Positions 49,635 through 64,000 of a stretch of 64,000 nt of DNA are shown here, piece by piece. The stretch is from the NCBI GenBank assembly GCA_964016885.1, contig OZ024762.1:1054001-1118000 (forward strand), written 5' to 3'. Each line of letters begins with the position of its first letter. The stretch's first letter is position 1. A program made the translations under genes and the position numbers. This DNA is from Eledone cirrhosa. Lineage: Eukaryota. A model generated the notes under the pieces. The model was not told the DNA's origin and did no database searches. It was given only the letters and a program-made list of their open reading frames with translations.

Positions 49635-50459
49635 AGCCTCCGTATCTGGCCAGTTTCTCTCACCCCTTTCTGTTCAAACTGGCTGTAACTGGCCACTCAT
49701 ATGGTATTTTTCTCAAAAATAAGGTATTTTTCTTAAAATAAATAATATCAAAATCTTGTTGAGATGATATTATGTGAGATAATTACAAGGGATAAAACCT
49801 TTACTGTGAAAATACAATAGTATATATAGAGTAATGTAAATACTAAAGGGTTAAAATGGGTGAGGTTGTTTTTATCAAACCAGAACCGGTTTTGGCTGGT
49901 GTATTTTATTTGAGATATGGCAAGAAATGGGTTAAAGAGATTTAGTTGAAGACATTATCTTGTTCAACTATGAATCACTGAGTTAAGGAACACAAACAGA
50001 CATATATAATCATTCAATGGTTCGTTGAATATCAATGGCATTCCACCAACCCCCACCTATTGCTGGTACCCATTTTCAGCTGTGTATACTGGAGCAACGT
50101 GAAATGGGGTGTTTTGCTCAACACACAACCCAATCCTGATATTGAACCCACCATATTATGATAGTAAGACCAACACCCATACCACTAGACCTCCACTAAT
50201 CTCTCTATATATATATATATCATCCATCATCATCATCATCATCATTTAATGTCCATCCTCCGCACTAGCATGTGTAGGACAGGTTGACCCTCAGGGAGAC
50301 AATCAGGACAGGTTGACCCTCAGGGAGACAATCAGGACAGGTTGACCCTCAGGGAGACAATCAGGACAGAGGACCATACTTAGCTCACCTGGGGCAGATT
50401 TTGAGTTGGTTTTTACAGCTGAATGCCGTGCCTAATGCCAACCACATTTACAATGTGTG

Positions 50460-50905
50460 ATATATATATACGATATATATATACGATATATATATACAAT
50501 TAATATATACAATTAATATATACGATATATATATACGATATATATATACGATATATATATACAATTAATATATACAATTAATATATACGATATATATATA
50601 CGATATATATATACGATATATATATACAATTAATATATACGATATATATATACGATATATATATACGATATATATATACGATATATATATACGATATATA
50701 TATACAATTAATATATACGATATATATATACGATATATATATACGATATATATATACGATTAATATATACAATTAATATATACGATTAATATATACAATT
50801 AATATATACGATTAATATATACAATTAATATATACAATTAATATATACAATTAATATATACAATTAATATATACAATTAATATATACAATTAATATATAC
50901 GATAT
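50460..50905. repeat. AT-rich minisatellite (TATATACGA / CAATTAATATATA units)
   Basis: Tandem 13-14-bp units. Confidence 0.88.
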
Positions 50906-53900
50906 TAACAAATGGAAACTATATTTATAAAACCATATTTATTTCATTATACATATTTCAATTAATATATATATATCAACCACCACCACACCACTACCAC
51001 CACCACCACTACTACTCTAGATTTATCAACCACCACCACACCACTACCACCACTAACAACTACAGTAAGGTAAATACATTGCTGCTGACTTGTTAAAGCT
51101 AACAACATTTGCCTCTTTAAAGCAGCCAATAAATTCTAAAGCACTCAGCTATTATAATAAACCAGTGGACCAAGCCTGTCAAATATGATGGCTAGACTCT
51201 TCACTGGATTTCATTTTCATTGTAAACATATATATATATATGTATATATATATCATCATCATCATTTTACATCCGCTTTTCCCTGCTTGCAAGGGTGGGA
51301 TGGGTCCTATCCAGCACATCACTCCACCTTGAGATTCAGTGAGTACAACAAATATATGTGTGTGTGTGTGGTTAGGTTGGAGATTCAGTATAAGAATAAC
51401 ATTAACCCTTTAAGATTTAAACTGGGCTGAAACCGGTCGCAACTGGCCACTCATACTGATGTTATGGTATTGTTCTCAAAATAAATAATATGAAAATCTC
51501 ACAGATTCAATATTATGTGAGGTAAAGCCTTTACTGTGAAAATACAATAGTATATATAGAGTAATGTAAATGGTAAAGGGTTAAGAAAGATGCTTTATGT
51601 AAACAGCAATGTATGTGTATATATGTGGTGTGGTAACTAAATATATATATATACAGCAGGTCCACCACTATCTCCACCACTGTCACCACCACCACCTTCA
51701 CTGTTAATTGAAATGAAACCATAATCATTGTGTTGTCTCCCTATGAAACATCAACTAACGAGAGAAACAGTCATTGTGTAAAAATCAGGTGTTAATTGGA
51801 AAACTTATGACATGATGATGATGATGATGGTGATGACAAGCTAGTATGGTGATGGTGATGACAAGCTAGTCTAATGGTGATGATGATGACAAGCTATGGT
51901 GATGGTGATGACAAGTGATGGTGATGACAAGCTAGTCTAATGGTGATGATGATGACAAGCTATGGTGACGCTGATGACAAGCTAGTCTGATGGTGATGGT
52001 GATGTGATGACAAGCTAGTCTGATGGTGATGGTGATGTGATGACAAGCTTGTCTGATGGTGATGACAAGCTAATCCGGGTTAAGACATCAAGTTGCTAAA
52101 GTAAAGAAAAACAGCAGAAACTGATTTGAAAAGGTCAGCAGCTGTAGGGAATAACAGTGGTGGTTGTGGTAGTGGTGGTGTAGTGTGGTGATGGTGGTAG
52201 TAGTGGTGGTGGTATAGTGTAGTGTAGTGTGGCGTGGTGGTGGTGGAATGTGGCTGCGTATCATTAAACATTCCGGATATTAACAACAACTGGATGCCAT
52301 TGTTGTTGCTGTGAATCTGATGAATTAAAGTTGATTTAACAGTCCAGTGACTGACATAACGGGGGGGGGGGGGGGGGGAGACTGTCATATACAGAAGTGA
52401 GAGAGGGAGAGACAGCTATTGTCATATTCAGAATAACATTTTAACCCTTTCCATACAAACACATCTGAAACCAACCCTTGTTCTACGTTATACAACTAAT
52501 TTTAAAATGTTCATCCATTCCAATCCAGGACCTTCTCACCCCTGTTGGAGGAACCCCTCCTTGGTTCACCTCCACCATTTTGTTTGGTTTTGATCATGTC
52601 TTCAGGGGAGTAGCTATACTCAACACACTTGGCTAATCACCGCAGGTTGGTGAGGCTATTTAACCCATAGCTGGGGTGAGTTAGGATGGCTGTTGACTCT
52701 GAAGAGTTCCACTTACCCTCCTCGCCAGACAAGGATCTGGTGGGAGGAGCTGGTTTAGTTATCAACCACTCAGCCGTGAAGCAAGTTGTACTGGGTTACA
52801 TGGTATCAGTAGCAGGCAGAAGGCCTAATATGACATACAATGTTCATAGTTGTTATTAAAACCTTCTTGGCCAAGTTATTCCTGAGAGGGTCGTAGGGCA
52901 GAGTCCTCAAACACTCCTCCTAGTGGGTCCTGTCAGAAGGGCCAGCAGCAGGGCTTTACTACATACAATCTTAGATTCAATCAAGTACACAGAGTGTATT
53001 GCATTAGAAATACGGTAACAAAAGGGTTAAATTTTTTTCAGTCTTCTGGCTGTAACAGATCACTGTTACTTCTATTACTTTAGATTGGGCATTGATCTGT
53101 TAAACTGGTATTGATCTTCAGAACTGATTAGGTCTGAAGTGTCAAAAACTAGATTCGTCAGCTCACCAAACCAAACAGTTGAAATTATTTTGGGGAGAAC
53201 TGGAAAAAGGGGGTCCACGTTATTGGGTGAAGGAGGAGTATATTGTAGAGCTACCCTCGGGTACTAAATACCCAGGTACACATTGGAGAGCTAGTCAAAG
53301 GTGTTATATACCCAGGAGTGTGTTAGAGACCTAGCCTAATGTGTTAAATACTCAGGTACATGTTGTAGAGCTAGTCTAGGGTGTTATATACCCAACCAGT
53401 TCACCAGCCTCGAAAGGCAACAACTGTCTATACCCCTGCACCCCCCAAAAAAACTGATAATATAAAATAAGTGTAAAAAAGTGAGATATTTACATAGGGC
53501 AGTTGATTTCCTAGAAAATTATTTTAATGTAAACTCCAGTGGAACATATTTATGATGAATTGATCTGGAAAGATAAAGAAAACAATATGTTAATTAGCTG
53601 ATATACATACATACACATATATACATAGACATATTCATACATATAGACATACTCATACATACAGATATGTTCATACATATACATACACTCATACACAGAC
53701 ATACTGATACAGACCACAAGGTAGTGTTGAAATTATTAAAATACAAATTATTATCATGTAGATTGTGACTTCTACATTCTCTCAGCCAGTCACTTCCATC
53801 CCTCAACACATGACCTAACCATCTCATTCCTCTTCACAACATCCACCACAGGCTCTATTCCTCTCATCTTCAGCAATTCTTACACCAAACATTTCTAAAA

Positions 53901-56195
53901 GCTAAACAAAAAAAAACAGTTTATTTGTTTTGTTTTTTTTTTAAAGAAAGAACCAAAATAAAAAATTTAATAAATTAAAAATAAAAGAGAGGCAATTGAG
54001 CTTTTTAATCGGATCTAACGTTGCCGGGATTGAGTGAAACTAGGAAAGTAGTTTTAACACTCTCATCAATAAATACAGAGATAATCCGTAGCACTTGAGT
54101 TGGTTCCACAGCCATGACTACCACAGACTGACTGACAGACAAACAGACAGATAGATAGATAGAGAGACAGATAAACAGATAGATAAACAGAACTACCACA
54201 GACTGACAGACAAATAAACAGACACAACCACGACTACCACAGACAGACAAATAAACAGACACAAACAACCACGGACACACACACAAACAACCACACTGAC
54301 AGACCACAACACAAACAGACACACACAACAACACACCCAGCCACCATCTAGTCAGTAAAACTAAACAGAAGGAAGACTTTATATACACGAGAGTAGTCAG
54401 CACTGAAAACACATGAAATGTTTGCTTTTTCCTATCTCTCCTTTTTTGTTATTTACCCAATGTTTCATCTTACTTTATAGGTTCATGTAGTTAAGTGACC
54501 CCTACATTACTAGTGGAGTCTAGTAACTAGAAGAACAGGATAGGGAAAAGTTTAGAGGAGGTAGGGGTAGGGTTTAACCCTTTCCTTAGTACAGTTCTAA
54601 TTATAAGACATCATGATCATCACTGTTTAACCCTTTACCATTTACATTACTCTATATATATACTATTGTATTTTCACAGTAAAGGCTTTACCTCACATAA
54701 CATTTACATTACTCTATATATACTATTGTATTTTCACAGTAAAGGCTTTACCTCACATAATATCTCACATAACATTTACATTACTCTATATACACTATTG
54801 TATTTTCAGTTAATATCCATTTTCCCATGCTAGCATGAAAGAATGGACATAAAACGTGATGATGATGATGATGCTACCATATATGATATATATATATGTG
54901 TGTGTGTGTGTGTAATAGTAAATTTGATGTGCCAGTCATGATTTCCTGAGGGGATTTCTAACACTAACAAAGATTATGATTATAACACACAATATCCTAA
55001 TTTTAGTATTTTTTTGTCACTGGCTAATTTAAACCCCCCCCCCCACCACCACCACCACCACCACCACCACCACCACCACCACCACCACCGCCCTTATCTA
55101 CAGCTGATTAATTATTTTGCTGGCATAACATTAACCCTAAGGGGTTAACAAGGACCAGAACAGTGATACTGTAACTACCTTTCCCTTATTAATCCCTCCT
55201 ACACAGTCCCTCTTCTGTCCATCACACCCCGCCATGGCAACCAGGATACACACGGTTTAGCTAGTAACATAACTCTCTTGTTATTAAACTGCTGTTTGGA
55301 ACATAACTTAAAGATTCTTACATAAAATTACAATGGAAGGTTTTTAGATAAAAACTGACCTTGCACACTTACACCTCTCTGACAATGTCACCAGATCGAG
55401 ATCTTTGGCGTTATGCAATAATACAGAAGACACACCTTCTCTTACATACAAACTTAAACCTACAGTCAGTAGGTACCTCTTAACCCAATATATACACCCC
55501 TACTCCATCCTCACACACCACCCTTTCTCTGTAAAGTTATGTTGGTACCACAGAACATCCAATTCACACTAAAGTGGTTGTGTAGGTGTCACGACAAAAA
55601 GCACCCAGTCCACACTGTAAAGTGGTCGTGTAGGAGACAAGGTAAAAAGGCTCCCTGTCCACACTGTAAGTGTAGTCGGCATTAGGAAGGGCTTCCAGCT
55701 GTAGAAAACCAGGCAGAAACAGTCTTTACGAGCGAGACACAGTCACCCGACCAATCTTACTTCAAGTGGGACAAACCCGTCTAACCCATGCTAGCGTGAA
55801 AGACAGATATTAAATGGTGATGATGATGTAAACACTTTAAAATAAATAACTTCGTAGTGTGTTGTAGTTTGCTTGAAGCATTGTTGAATAGGAAATATAA
55901 ATTTTAATAATTTTAAAAGCCATACAATGCATTAGAAAATTAAAGGTGTCAAGATAACAAGAGAATTTTACATCAAGTTTAATTATCCCGAATATTTTAG
56001 ATATGCCATCCTAACAACAACTCATCTCCGACCAATCCTTTAAGACCTTCACAGGGTTAGTCCCTTGATAATGGGTTTTTAAACCCAAAAATATTTGGGA
56101 TAATTAAACTTGCTCAGGCAAAATTCTATCGTTATCTTGGCACCTTTAATTTTCTAATGCATTGTATGGTTTTTTAAATTATTTAAATAACTTTT

Positions 56196-56996
56196 AGGGA
56201 ACTACTACCACTGCTAGCTGCAAAAGGCTTCTCCCTCAGAATGAAAGGCAGACTGTATGATGCGTGTATCCGAACAGCGATGTTGCATGGTAGTGAGACC
56301 TGGGCGCTGAAGGTGGAAGACTTACGTAGATTAGAGAGAAACGAAGCCTGCATGCTCCGATGGATGTGTAACAGTAATATACGTGAACGACAAAGCATAA
56401 ATGAATTGAGAGAGAGACTGAGCATAAGAGGAATCAAATGCTGCGTGCAGGAGAGGCGGTTACGCTGGTATGGACATGTGATGCGTATGAAGGATGACAG
56501 CTGCATAAAAAGGTGCAGAGCACTAGAAGTTGATGGAAACCGCGGAGTGGGGAGACCCAAGATGACTTGGGATGAGGTGATAAAAGCCGACCTTACCCAA
56601 CTACACCTCTCAAAGTCAATGACACACGACCGTGACTTCTGGCGTCACACAGTAATACAGGGTACCCGACCTCCCATGGGTACATGCTGAAGCATATAAA
56701 CGATATGCCCCCCCCCCCCCCACCGCAAGGTGGTCGTGGAGGTGCCACGGCAAAACAGCACCCAGCCCACACTGTAAAGTGGACGTGTAGGCGCCACGAA
56801 AAAGCACCCAGCACTCACTGTAAATGAGGTTGGTGTTAGGAAGGGCATCCAGCTGTAGAAATCAAGCCAGATCAGTTCCTGTATGAGCAAGGCATGGTCA
56901 GCCGACCAGACACTGCCCACAACAGGACAACCCGTCTAACCCATGCTAGCGTGGAAGAACGGACGTAAAACGGTGATGATGATGATGATGATGATG
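56196..56996 (+). mobile_element. 5'-truncated RTE-clade LINE (C-terminal ORF fragment plus 3' tail)
   Basis: [49 protein letters not shown] uninterrupted to the stop at 56690; tail ends in (GAT)n. Confidence 0.88.
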
Positions 56997-58369
56997 AACT
57001 TAATATCGTAAAACTAGGGATGGTTCCAGGCAGTTTGGCACCAAAAGTGAATTTAATCTGCTCTTGTAGAGCTGTCCAACTTTCAAAGTCAAAATACCTC
57101 AGTGACCTCTGTGAAATATAATTAAAATTTTTGAATCTTTTCGTTACCATATTTCTAATGAAATACATTGCCTACGTATTTCAATTAATTCTGAAAATAA
57201 CCAAGAATTTCAAACAATTTAGTAATATGGTTTAACTTTCTCAGTTTGGAACATAACAAAAGTTCTTATATACAACTATAATAGAAGGTTCTGGAATATA
57301 ACAGAAGTTCTTATATACAATTATAATAGAAGGTTCTAATTTAACATTTTAGCATTTAAACCGGCTGTAACGAGCCACTCATACTGATGTTAAGGTATTG
57401 TTCTCAAAATAAATATCATCAAAATCTCATAACTTTGATATTATGTGAGGTAAAGCCTTTACTGTGAAAATACAATAGTATATATAGAGTAATGTAAATG
57501 TTATGTGAGATATTATGTGAGGTAAAGCCTTTGCTGTGAAAATATAATAATATATATAGAGTAATGTAAATGGTGAAGGGTTAAATAAATAATTTTGTAT
57601 GACAGACCAAGGGGCAGTTTATCAAAAGGGTAAATATTCCTACAGGACACACAACATTTTTTTAATGTCCACTTTCCCTGCTAGCAAGGGTTGGACAAAC
57701 TGGTCTACATAGACCAGGTCAGTACTGAAGCAGGGCTACTGATTTCACAGACAGACCAAGAATCTGCACTCTCGCTGATGTACAGTCTCCTGTTCTACAT
57801 ATATCTATTACATCAAGTTCAACCCTTTAGCATTTAAATTGGCCATATCCGGTCAGATTTCTCTCACCTATTTCTGTTCAAACCAGCCATAATTGGCCGC
57901 TCATACTGATGTTGTTCTCAAAATAAATAATATCAAAATCTCGCTGCTGATTCGATATTAAGTTAGATAAAGTGTTTACCATGAAAATACAATAGTAAAT
58001 ATAGAGTAATGTAAATGCTAAAAGGTTAATATAGAAATGGCTTCTACAGGACTAGAACTGTTTCATTCAGAAGAAATCTTCAGGAAAGCCAACTGGACAG
58101 ACCTGGAAAAGAACTCTACTGGCTCTGGACATGACATCATCACTTTCTGTCCATTTTCCATACTGGTATAAGCTGGACAGATCATCACATTCTGAGACTA
58201 GGCAGGAAGCAGGTGACCATGTTTTGTTCATATGTCCATATTTTGGTCAGGTTTCTAAGCTGGATGTCCTTCCTAACATCAACCACTTCACAATAAAGAG
58301 AATAACTGGAACTATATCCATAGAATGGGTGAGTTGTTATTTCATGTGTGGGGTGGGATAGCTATAATC

Positions 58370-58605
58370 ATCCTACCAGGGCCTTACTCTCATTCAACAC
58401 AGTAGCTGCAGGTTGGAAGAAGTCCCTGGGAAAGCCCCGCACCAGGTGGCTGGATATCATCAGGGAAGATCTCCAGAGGCTCGACATCACCTTGGAGGAT
58501 GCAGGGGAGCTGACACGGGACCTCCAGCGATGGTGGATGTGGTTGGCTCTACACACGACAATGCTTTGGGATCACTGGCCTCGACAAACAAGAGCAAGGA
58601 GGTGA
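58370..58605 (+). mobile_element. decayed RTE LINE 3' fragment
   Basis: WKKSLGKPRTRWLDIIREDL motif typical of the RTE C-terminus. Confidence 0.65.
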
Positions 58606-59099
58606 GGGTGTAGGGTAAGGGGTGTGTTGTTGAATTAACAAGACCCCCCCCCCCCCCCATCTATCAACAGATACCCTGCTATTATAGATCCATTTATGAC
58701 TAAGAAACTAGTATGAACTGAAGAGTTAGAGATACCCAAGTAGGTGAATATATTTAGCTGCTGTAATATGAGTCTCATGCTATGATCTAGGTAAACTAAA
58801 GGGTGGATGGAGAGAAGTCTAATGGAGGATTGTTAATGTCTAAATGGTGGATAGATGGTGGATGGTTAAAGTCTAAATGGTGGATGGTTAAAGTCTAAAT
58901 AGTGGATGGTTAAAGTCTAATGGTAGACTAAGGACGTGAAACACCTCCATGGCTGTAACTAATGATTGTTTAACACACATGAGAGAAAAATAACATTCTT
59001 AACAGATGTCAGCTGATGATGATGGTGATGGCTTAATTGAGAAGGCTAGTTATAATACAATACAGGTGGACATACAGCAAACTGGATACCGGTAGATAC

Positions 59100-59723
59100 A
59101 TAAGGGTGGGTACTGTAGAGGGGTAGACAGATTTATAAGGGTGGGTACTGTAGTGGGGTAGACAGATTTATAAAGGGTGGGTACTGTAGAGGGGTAGACA
59201 GATTTATAAGGGTGGGTACTGTAGGGGGGTAGATAGATTTATAAGGGTGGGTACTGTAGGGGGGGGGGGGTAGATAGATTTATAAGGGTGGGTACTGTAG
59301 AGGGGTAGACAGATTTATAAGGGTGGGTACTGTAGGGAGTAGACAGATTTATAAGGGTGGGTAGATAGATTTATAAGGGTGGGTAGATAGATTTATACGG
59401 GTGGGTACCGTAGAGGGGTAGACAGATATATAAGGGTGGGTACCAGAGAGGGGTAGACAGATATATAAGGGTGGGTACCGTAGAGGGGTAGACAGATATA
59501 TAAGGGTGGGTACCGTAGAGGGGTAGACAGATTTATAAGGGTGGGTATTGTAGGGGGTAGACAGATTTATAAGGGTGGGTACCGTAGAGGGGTAGACAGA
59601 TTTATATGGGTGGGTACTGTAGAGGGGTAGACAGATTTATAAGGTGGGTACTGTAGAGGGGTAGACAGATTTATAAGGTGGGTACTGTAGAGGGGTTGAC
59701 AGATTTATAAGGGTGGGTACCGT
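59100..59723. repeat. G-rich ~35-bp minisatellite (~17 copies)
   Basis: Unit AAGGGTGGGTACTGTAGAGGGGTAGACAGATTTAT. Confidence 0.9.
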
Positions 59724-59884
59724 AATACGAGTAGAGATGCAACTAGACTATTTTCTATTTTACATACACACACAAACACATATATATATAATATACACAC
59801 ACACGTATATGTACACACATATATACATAAATATACACACACACATATAAACACATACACACACACATATATGTATACTTAAAT

Positions 59885-59925
<41 letters not shown>

Positions 59926-60726
59926 AACGGTCATAAGAAAGTGTGTCATGAGAGTTTGGGCCGCGTATGTCCTTACACATATACACACATATCTCGTATA
60001 TAGACACATATATCGTATATAGACACATATATACACACATATATCGTATATAGACACATATATACACACATATCTCGTATATAGACACATATATACACAC
60101 ATATCTCGTATATAGACACATATATCGTATATAGACACATATATACACACATATCTCGTATATAGACACGTATATACATACACATATCTCGTATATAGAT
60201 ACATATATACATATACATACACACACACACATCTATATATTATGTAATTCTGTGTGCAATCAACCAACTTTATATACGATGTGTATATGATGTGTATGTA
60301 TGTATATGATGTGTATGTATGTATATGATGTGTATGTATGTATATGATGTGTATGTATGTATATGATGTGTATGTATGTATATGATGTGTATGTGTGTAT
60401 ATGATGTATATGTAGATTTACACACCTGTCTACGTGTGTTAATATGAGATGCCTGAGGGAGACACTGATATGTCAACGAAACGATCATAAACCCTAATCT
60501 GGTGAACCAGATTAGGGTTCGGGGTAAAGTCAGGGTCCCTAGGTCCAGTATACACACATACATATATGCACACACAGATACATTATATATATATATAAAT
60601 ATATACACACACATACATTATATATACATATATATATATATACACACAAATACATTATATATATACATACATTATATATACATACACACATACATTATAT
60701 ATACACACACACACATATATATATAT

Positions 60727-60797
<71 letters not shown>

Positions 60798-60842
60798 CAC
60801 ACACATATATATATATATATACACACACATATATATATATAT

Positions 60843-60895
<53 letters not shown>

Positions 60896-61055
60896 AATAT
60901 ATATATATTTATACACACACAAATATATATATATATACATACCTACACACACACATATATATATACAGGGTGTATCCCCCAAAAATGTATACCAACTTCA
61001 AATAAATATTGCTTGTACAGGTAATCAAAGTGTGTATACATTTTTGGGAGACACC

Positions 61056-61110
<55 letters not shown>

Positions 61111-61336
61111 TTTATTAAAATAACAGATTAAAGTTTAAGCAAAGAATCGCTGCTTTCACCCTTAGCGGGATCTTCCGAAACTAACAAAGATCCCGTTAAG
61201 GGTGAAAGCAGCGATTCTTTGCTTAAACTTTAATCTGTTATTTTAATAAATATTTGCTCTACGGTTCTTATATATTTGATATATATTTATCCTTATCGAG
61301 ACCTCTTTGGATTTTAGTCTCCAAATTTATTATTGT

Positions 61337-61375
<39 letters not shown>

Positions 61376-61425
61376 GTATATATATATAATCGCTTTTACG
61401 TCCACTTTCCCATGCTTGCATATAC

Positions 61426-61509
<84 letters not shown>

Positions 61510-61963
61510 GTGTATGTGCGTGTATGTATATATATATATATATGTGTGTGTGTGTATGTATATGTGTATATAAGTGTATGTGTAAACAGATACAAATAGA
61601 GAACCCTCTACATATGTACAAGAGGACGTGATCTATATTAGAAACGACCATCGGAGGTGGGACCAAAATATGAGATCGATACATTTAATTGAATAAACTA
61701 TATATATATATAAACATACAAACATATATAAGCTATTACTACAAAAACATCGAAAGTGGGAGACATTATATACACATACATGTCTATACAACACACACAC
61801 ATATATGTGTATAGACATGTATGTGTGTATATATATATATATATGTGTATAGATAGATGTGTATATGTATAGATAGATATGTGTATGTATATATATATAT
61901 ATGTATGTGTGTAGGTAGATGTGTGTACGTATGTATATATATGTATAGATAGATGTACGTAGG

Positions 61964-61999
<36 letters not shown>

Positions 62000-62228
62000 T
62001 GTATACATATATTGTATATAATATATATATATATATATGTGTGTATGTATGTATATTGATAGGTAGATTGGCAGTAGTGACCACTAGGTCAACAAAAAAC
62101 ACATCAAACTTTGTGTGTATATATATACACATATATATATACATATATACACATATATATATACACATACATATATATATACACACACATATATATATAT
62201 ATATATATACACATAGTGAGTAGCGAAC

Positions 62229-62460
62229 CTGTATGTAATATTCCACAAGATATCTGGCCATGTTGAAGTGTCGATCGGCTGGAGCAGGCATTCCATAGAC
62301 GAGGAGTTATGAGGCGGGAAATAGTAAAACAACAAAACAACATAAAGAAGAAGAAACAAACAAAAGTACAACAAAACAAAAAAAAACAAGGTGGAATCTT
62401 CGTCAAAATGGCGAGTTTTTGAGAGAGAAGAGGGACAGTGGTGACGAGATTCACGTTAGA
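62229..62460 (-). promoter_or_regulatory. probable 5' exon and promoter of PPP6R
   Basis: Non-repetitive CpG-containing island with a YY1 motif (CAAAATGGCG, 62404-62413) and a minus-strand donor ACAG|gttcgc; the ATG exon has an acceptor at 37402-37403 that needs an upstream exon. The upstream boundary is approximate. Confidence 0.55.
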
Positions 62461-63387
62461 AGTCTCGGAGTCTCGTTGTTACGACGATAGAGACGAAAGT
62501 GAAGGAGGAAGGGGAGGAGATAATGGGGAGAAAGGAAGAGTAAGAGAAAAAAGGACAGAGAAAAGAGGAGTAGGGAGAGTAGATAAAGAGGTGAGAGAAA
62601 GATAAGAGCGAAAGGAGAAGTAGGCAGAGGAGATAAAGAGGATAGAGGAAGAGAGAGAGAAAGATAGAGACGAAGGAGGAGAAGTAGGGGAGGAGATATA
62701 GGGGGAAAGGAGGAGGAAGAAGGAGTAGGGAGGAGAAGGAGGAAAAGGAAGTTAGTGACGAAGGGTAGAAGGGAGAGGAGAGGAAAGAGACGAGGCAGAG
62801 AGAAGGGAAGAAGAGGAGAGAGAGAGAAAGATAGAGAAAAAACAAGGAGAAAGGGAGCAGAGTGAGGAAGAGAAAGAGAGAGACGAAGCGAAGTAGGGAG
62901 AGGAGAGGGAAGGAAGAGGCGTTGTGGTATATTTTTTCAGTGATGACGATGGGAAAAGAAAGAACAAGTATGATTTGGGAGGAGTAGGAGGGAGAGAGAG
63001 AGAGATTAAGACTAAAAGGAGTAGCAGAGAGAGAAAGAGTATAGAACTAAGAGAGGAGGTAGCAGAGAAAGAGAGAGTAAGAAACTGAAAGGAGTAGCAG
63101 AGAGAGAGATAGAGAAACATATTAAACCGAAGGAGTAGTGGAGAGAGAGAGGGGGAGTATGGAACTGGAAGAAAGAAAGATCAAAGTCATTTTGTTATCA
63201 CACACGATGACTGATGACTGATGCGTACGACTATAAATATATATGTGTGTGTATATATATATATATATATGTGTGTGTATATATATATATATGTGTGTGT
63301 GTATATATATATATATATGTGTATGTGTATATATATATATATGTGTGTATATATAAATATATATATATATATATATGTGTGTTTGTG

Positions 63388-63442
<55 letters not shown>

Positions 63443-63511
63443 ATATATAAATATATATATATATATATGTGTGTTTGTGTATATATATATGTGTGTATAT
63501 ATATATATATT

Positions 63512-63565
<54 letters not shown>

Positions 63566-63813
63566 TATTAAAACAATGAAATTAAACACAAAACGGTTAA
63601 TTCATATAAAACTCATTATTTTACGATCGTTTCTGGGGGGTAGTTCCCCGTTTTAAACTTCGCTTCACGACATCTTCTACATACGGATTACATTGAGTTC
63701 TTCATACGTTTTAGACCCTACCATTGATTGGTAGATTTATTTGTGCGTATATATATATAAAAGGGCGGTGCCCGAGCATGGCCTCAGCCAGATGGCTGAC
63801 ACCGGTAAAAGAG

Positions 63814-63849
<36 letters not shown>

Positions 63850-64000
63850 TGAGGGTGGCGTCGTAACTTTCTATCTTTCTACCTCTCCCTGTCATCTCGA
63901 AAACACACGGCATTCCCTTTTCTCTCTCTCTTTCTCTCTCTTTCCCTCTCTCTATATATATAAAGTGAGCGTGACGGACGAACAGACAGACAGACAGACA

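Noticed and set aside
62408-62422. Start of a + strand gene at AAAATGGCG
   Set aside because: Stops after 4 codons; better read as a YY1-like motif

Overview
AT-rich, microsatellite-laden eukaryotic genomic DNA. The repeat content (CORE-type tRNA SINEs, RTE LINE fragments, huge (TA)n tracts) suggests a coleoid cephalopod, probably an octopod; this is inference. Two convergent spliced genes were rebuilt by hand with GT-AG boundaries and consistent phases. POLR2F/RPB6 is on + (5 coding exons, 944-7064, 130 aa). A PP6 regulatory subunit, PPP6R3/SAPS-like, is on - (27 coding exons, 37390-10571, 983 aa including an 18-nt microexon), with a probable upstream 5' exon/promoter near 62.2-62.5 kb. Most supplied ORFs are simple-repeat artefacts. 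Most notable: three structurally complete minimal type I hammerhead ribozyme motifs (26042-26093 -, 35521-35586 +, 41949-42003 -) plus decayed copies, next to (TA)n tracts and fold-back hairpins, two of them sense to the PPP6R pre-mRNA. Also an in-frame microexon with a UGC motif, a possible overlapping uORF, a duplicated in-frame splice acceptor, mutually complementary minisatellite arrays in the last intron, and a tRNA-Phe pseudogene upstream of POLR2F.
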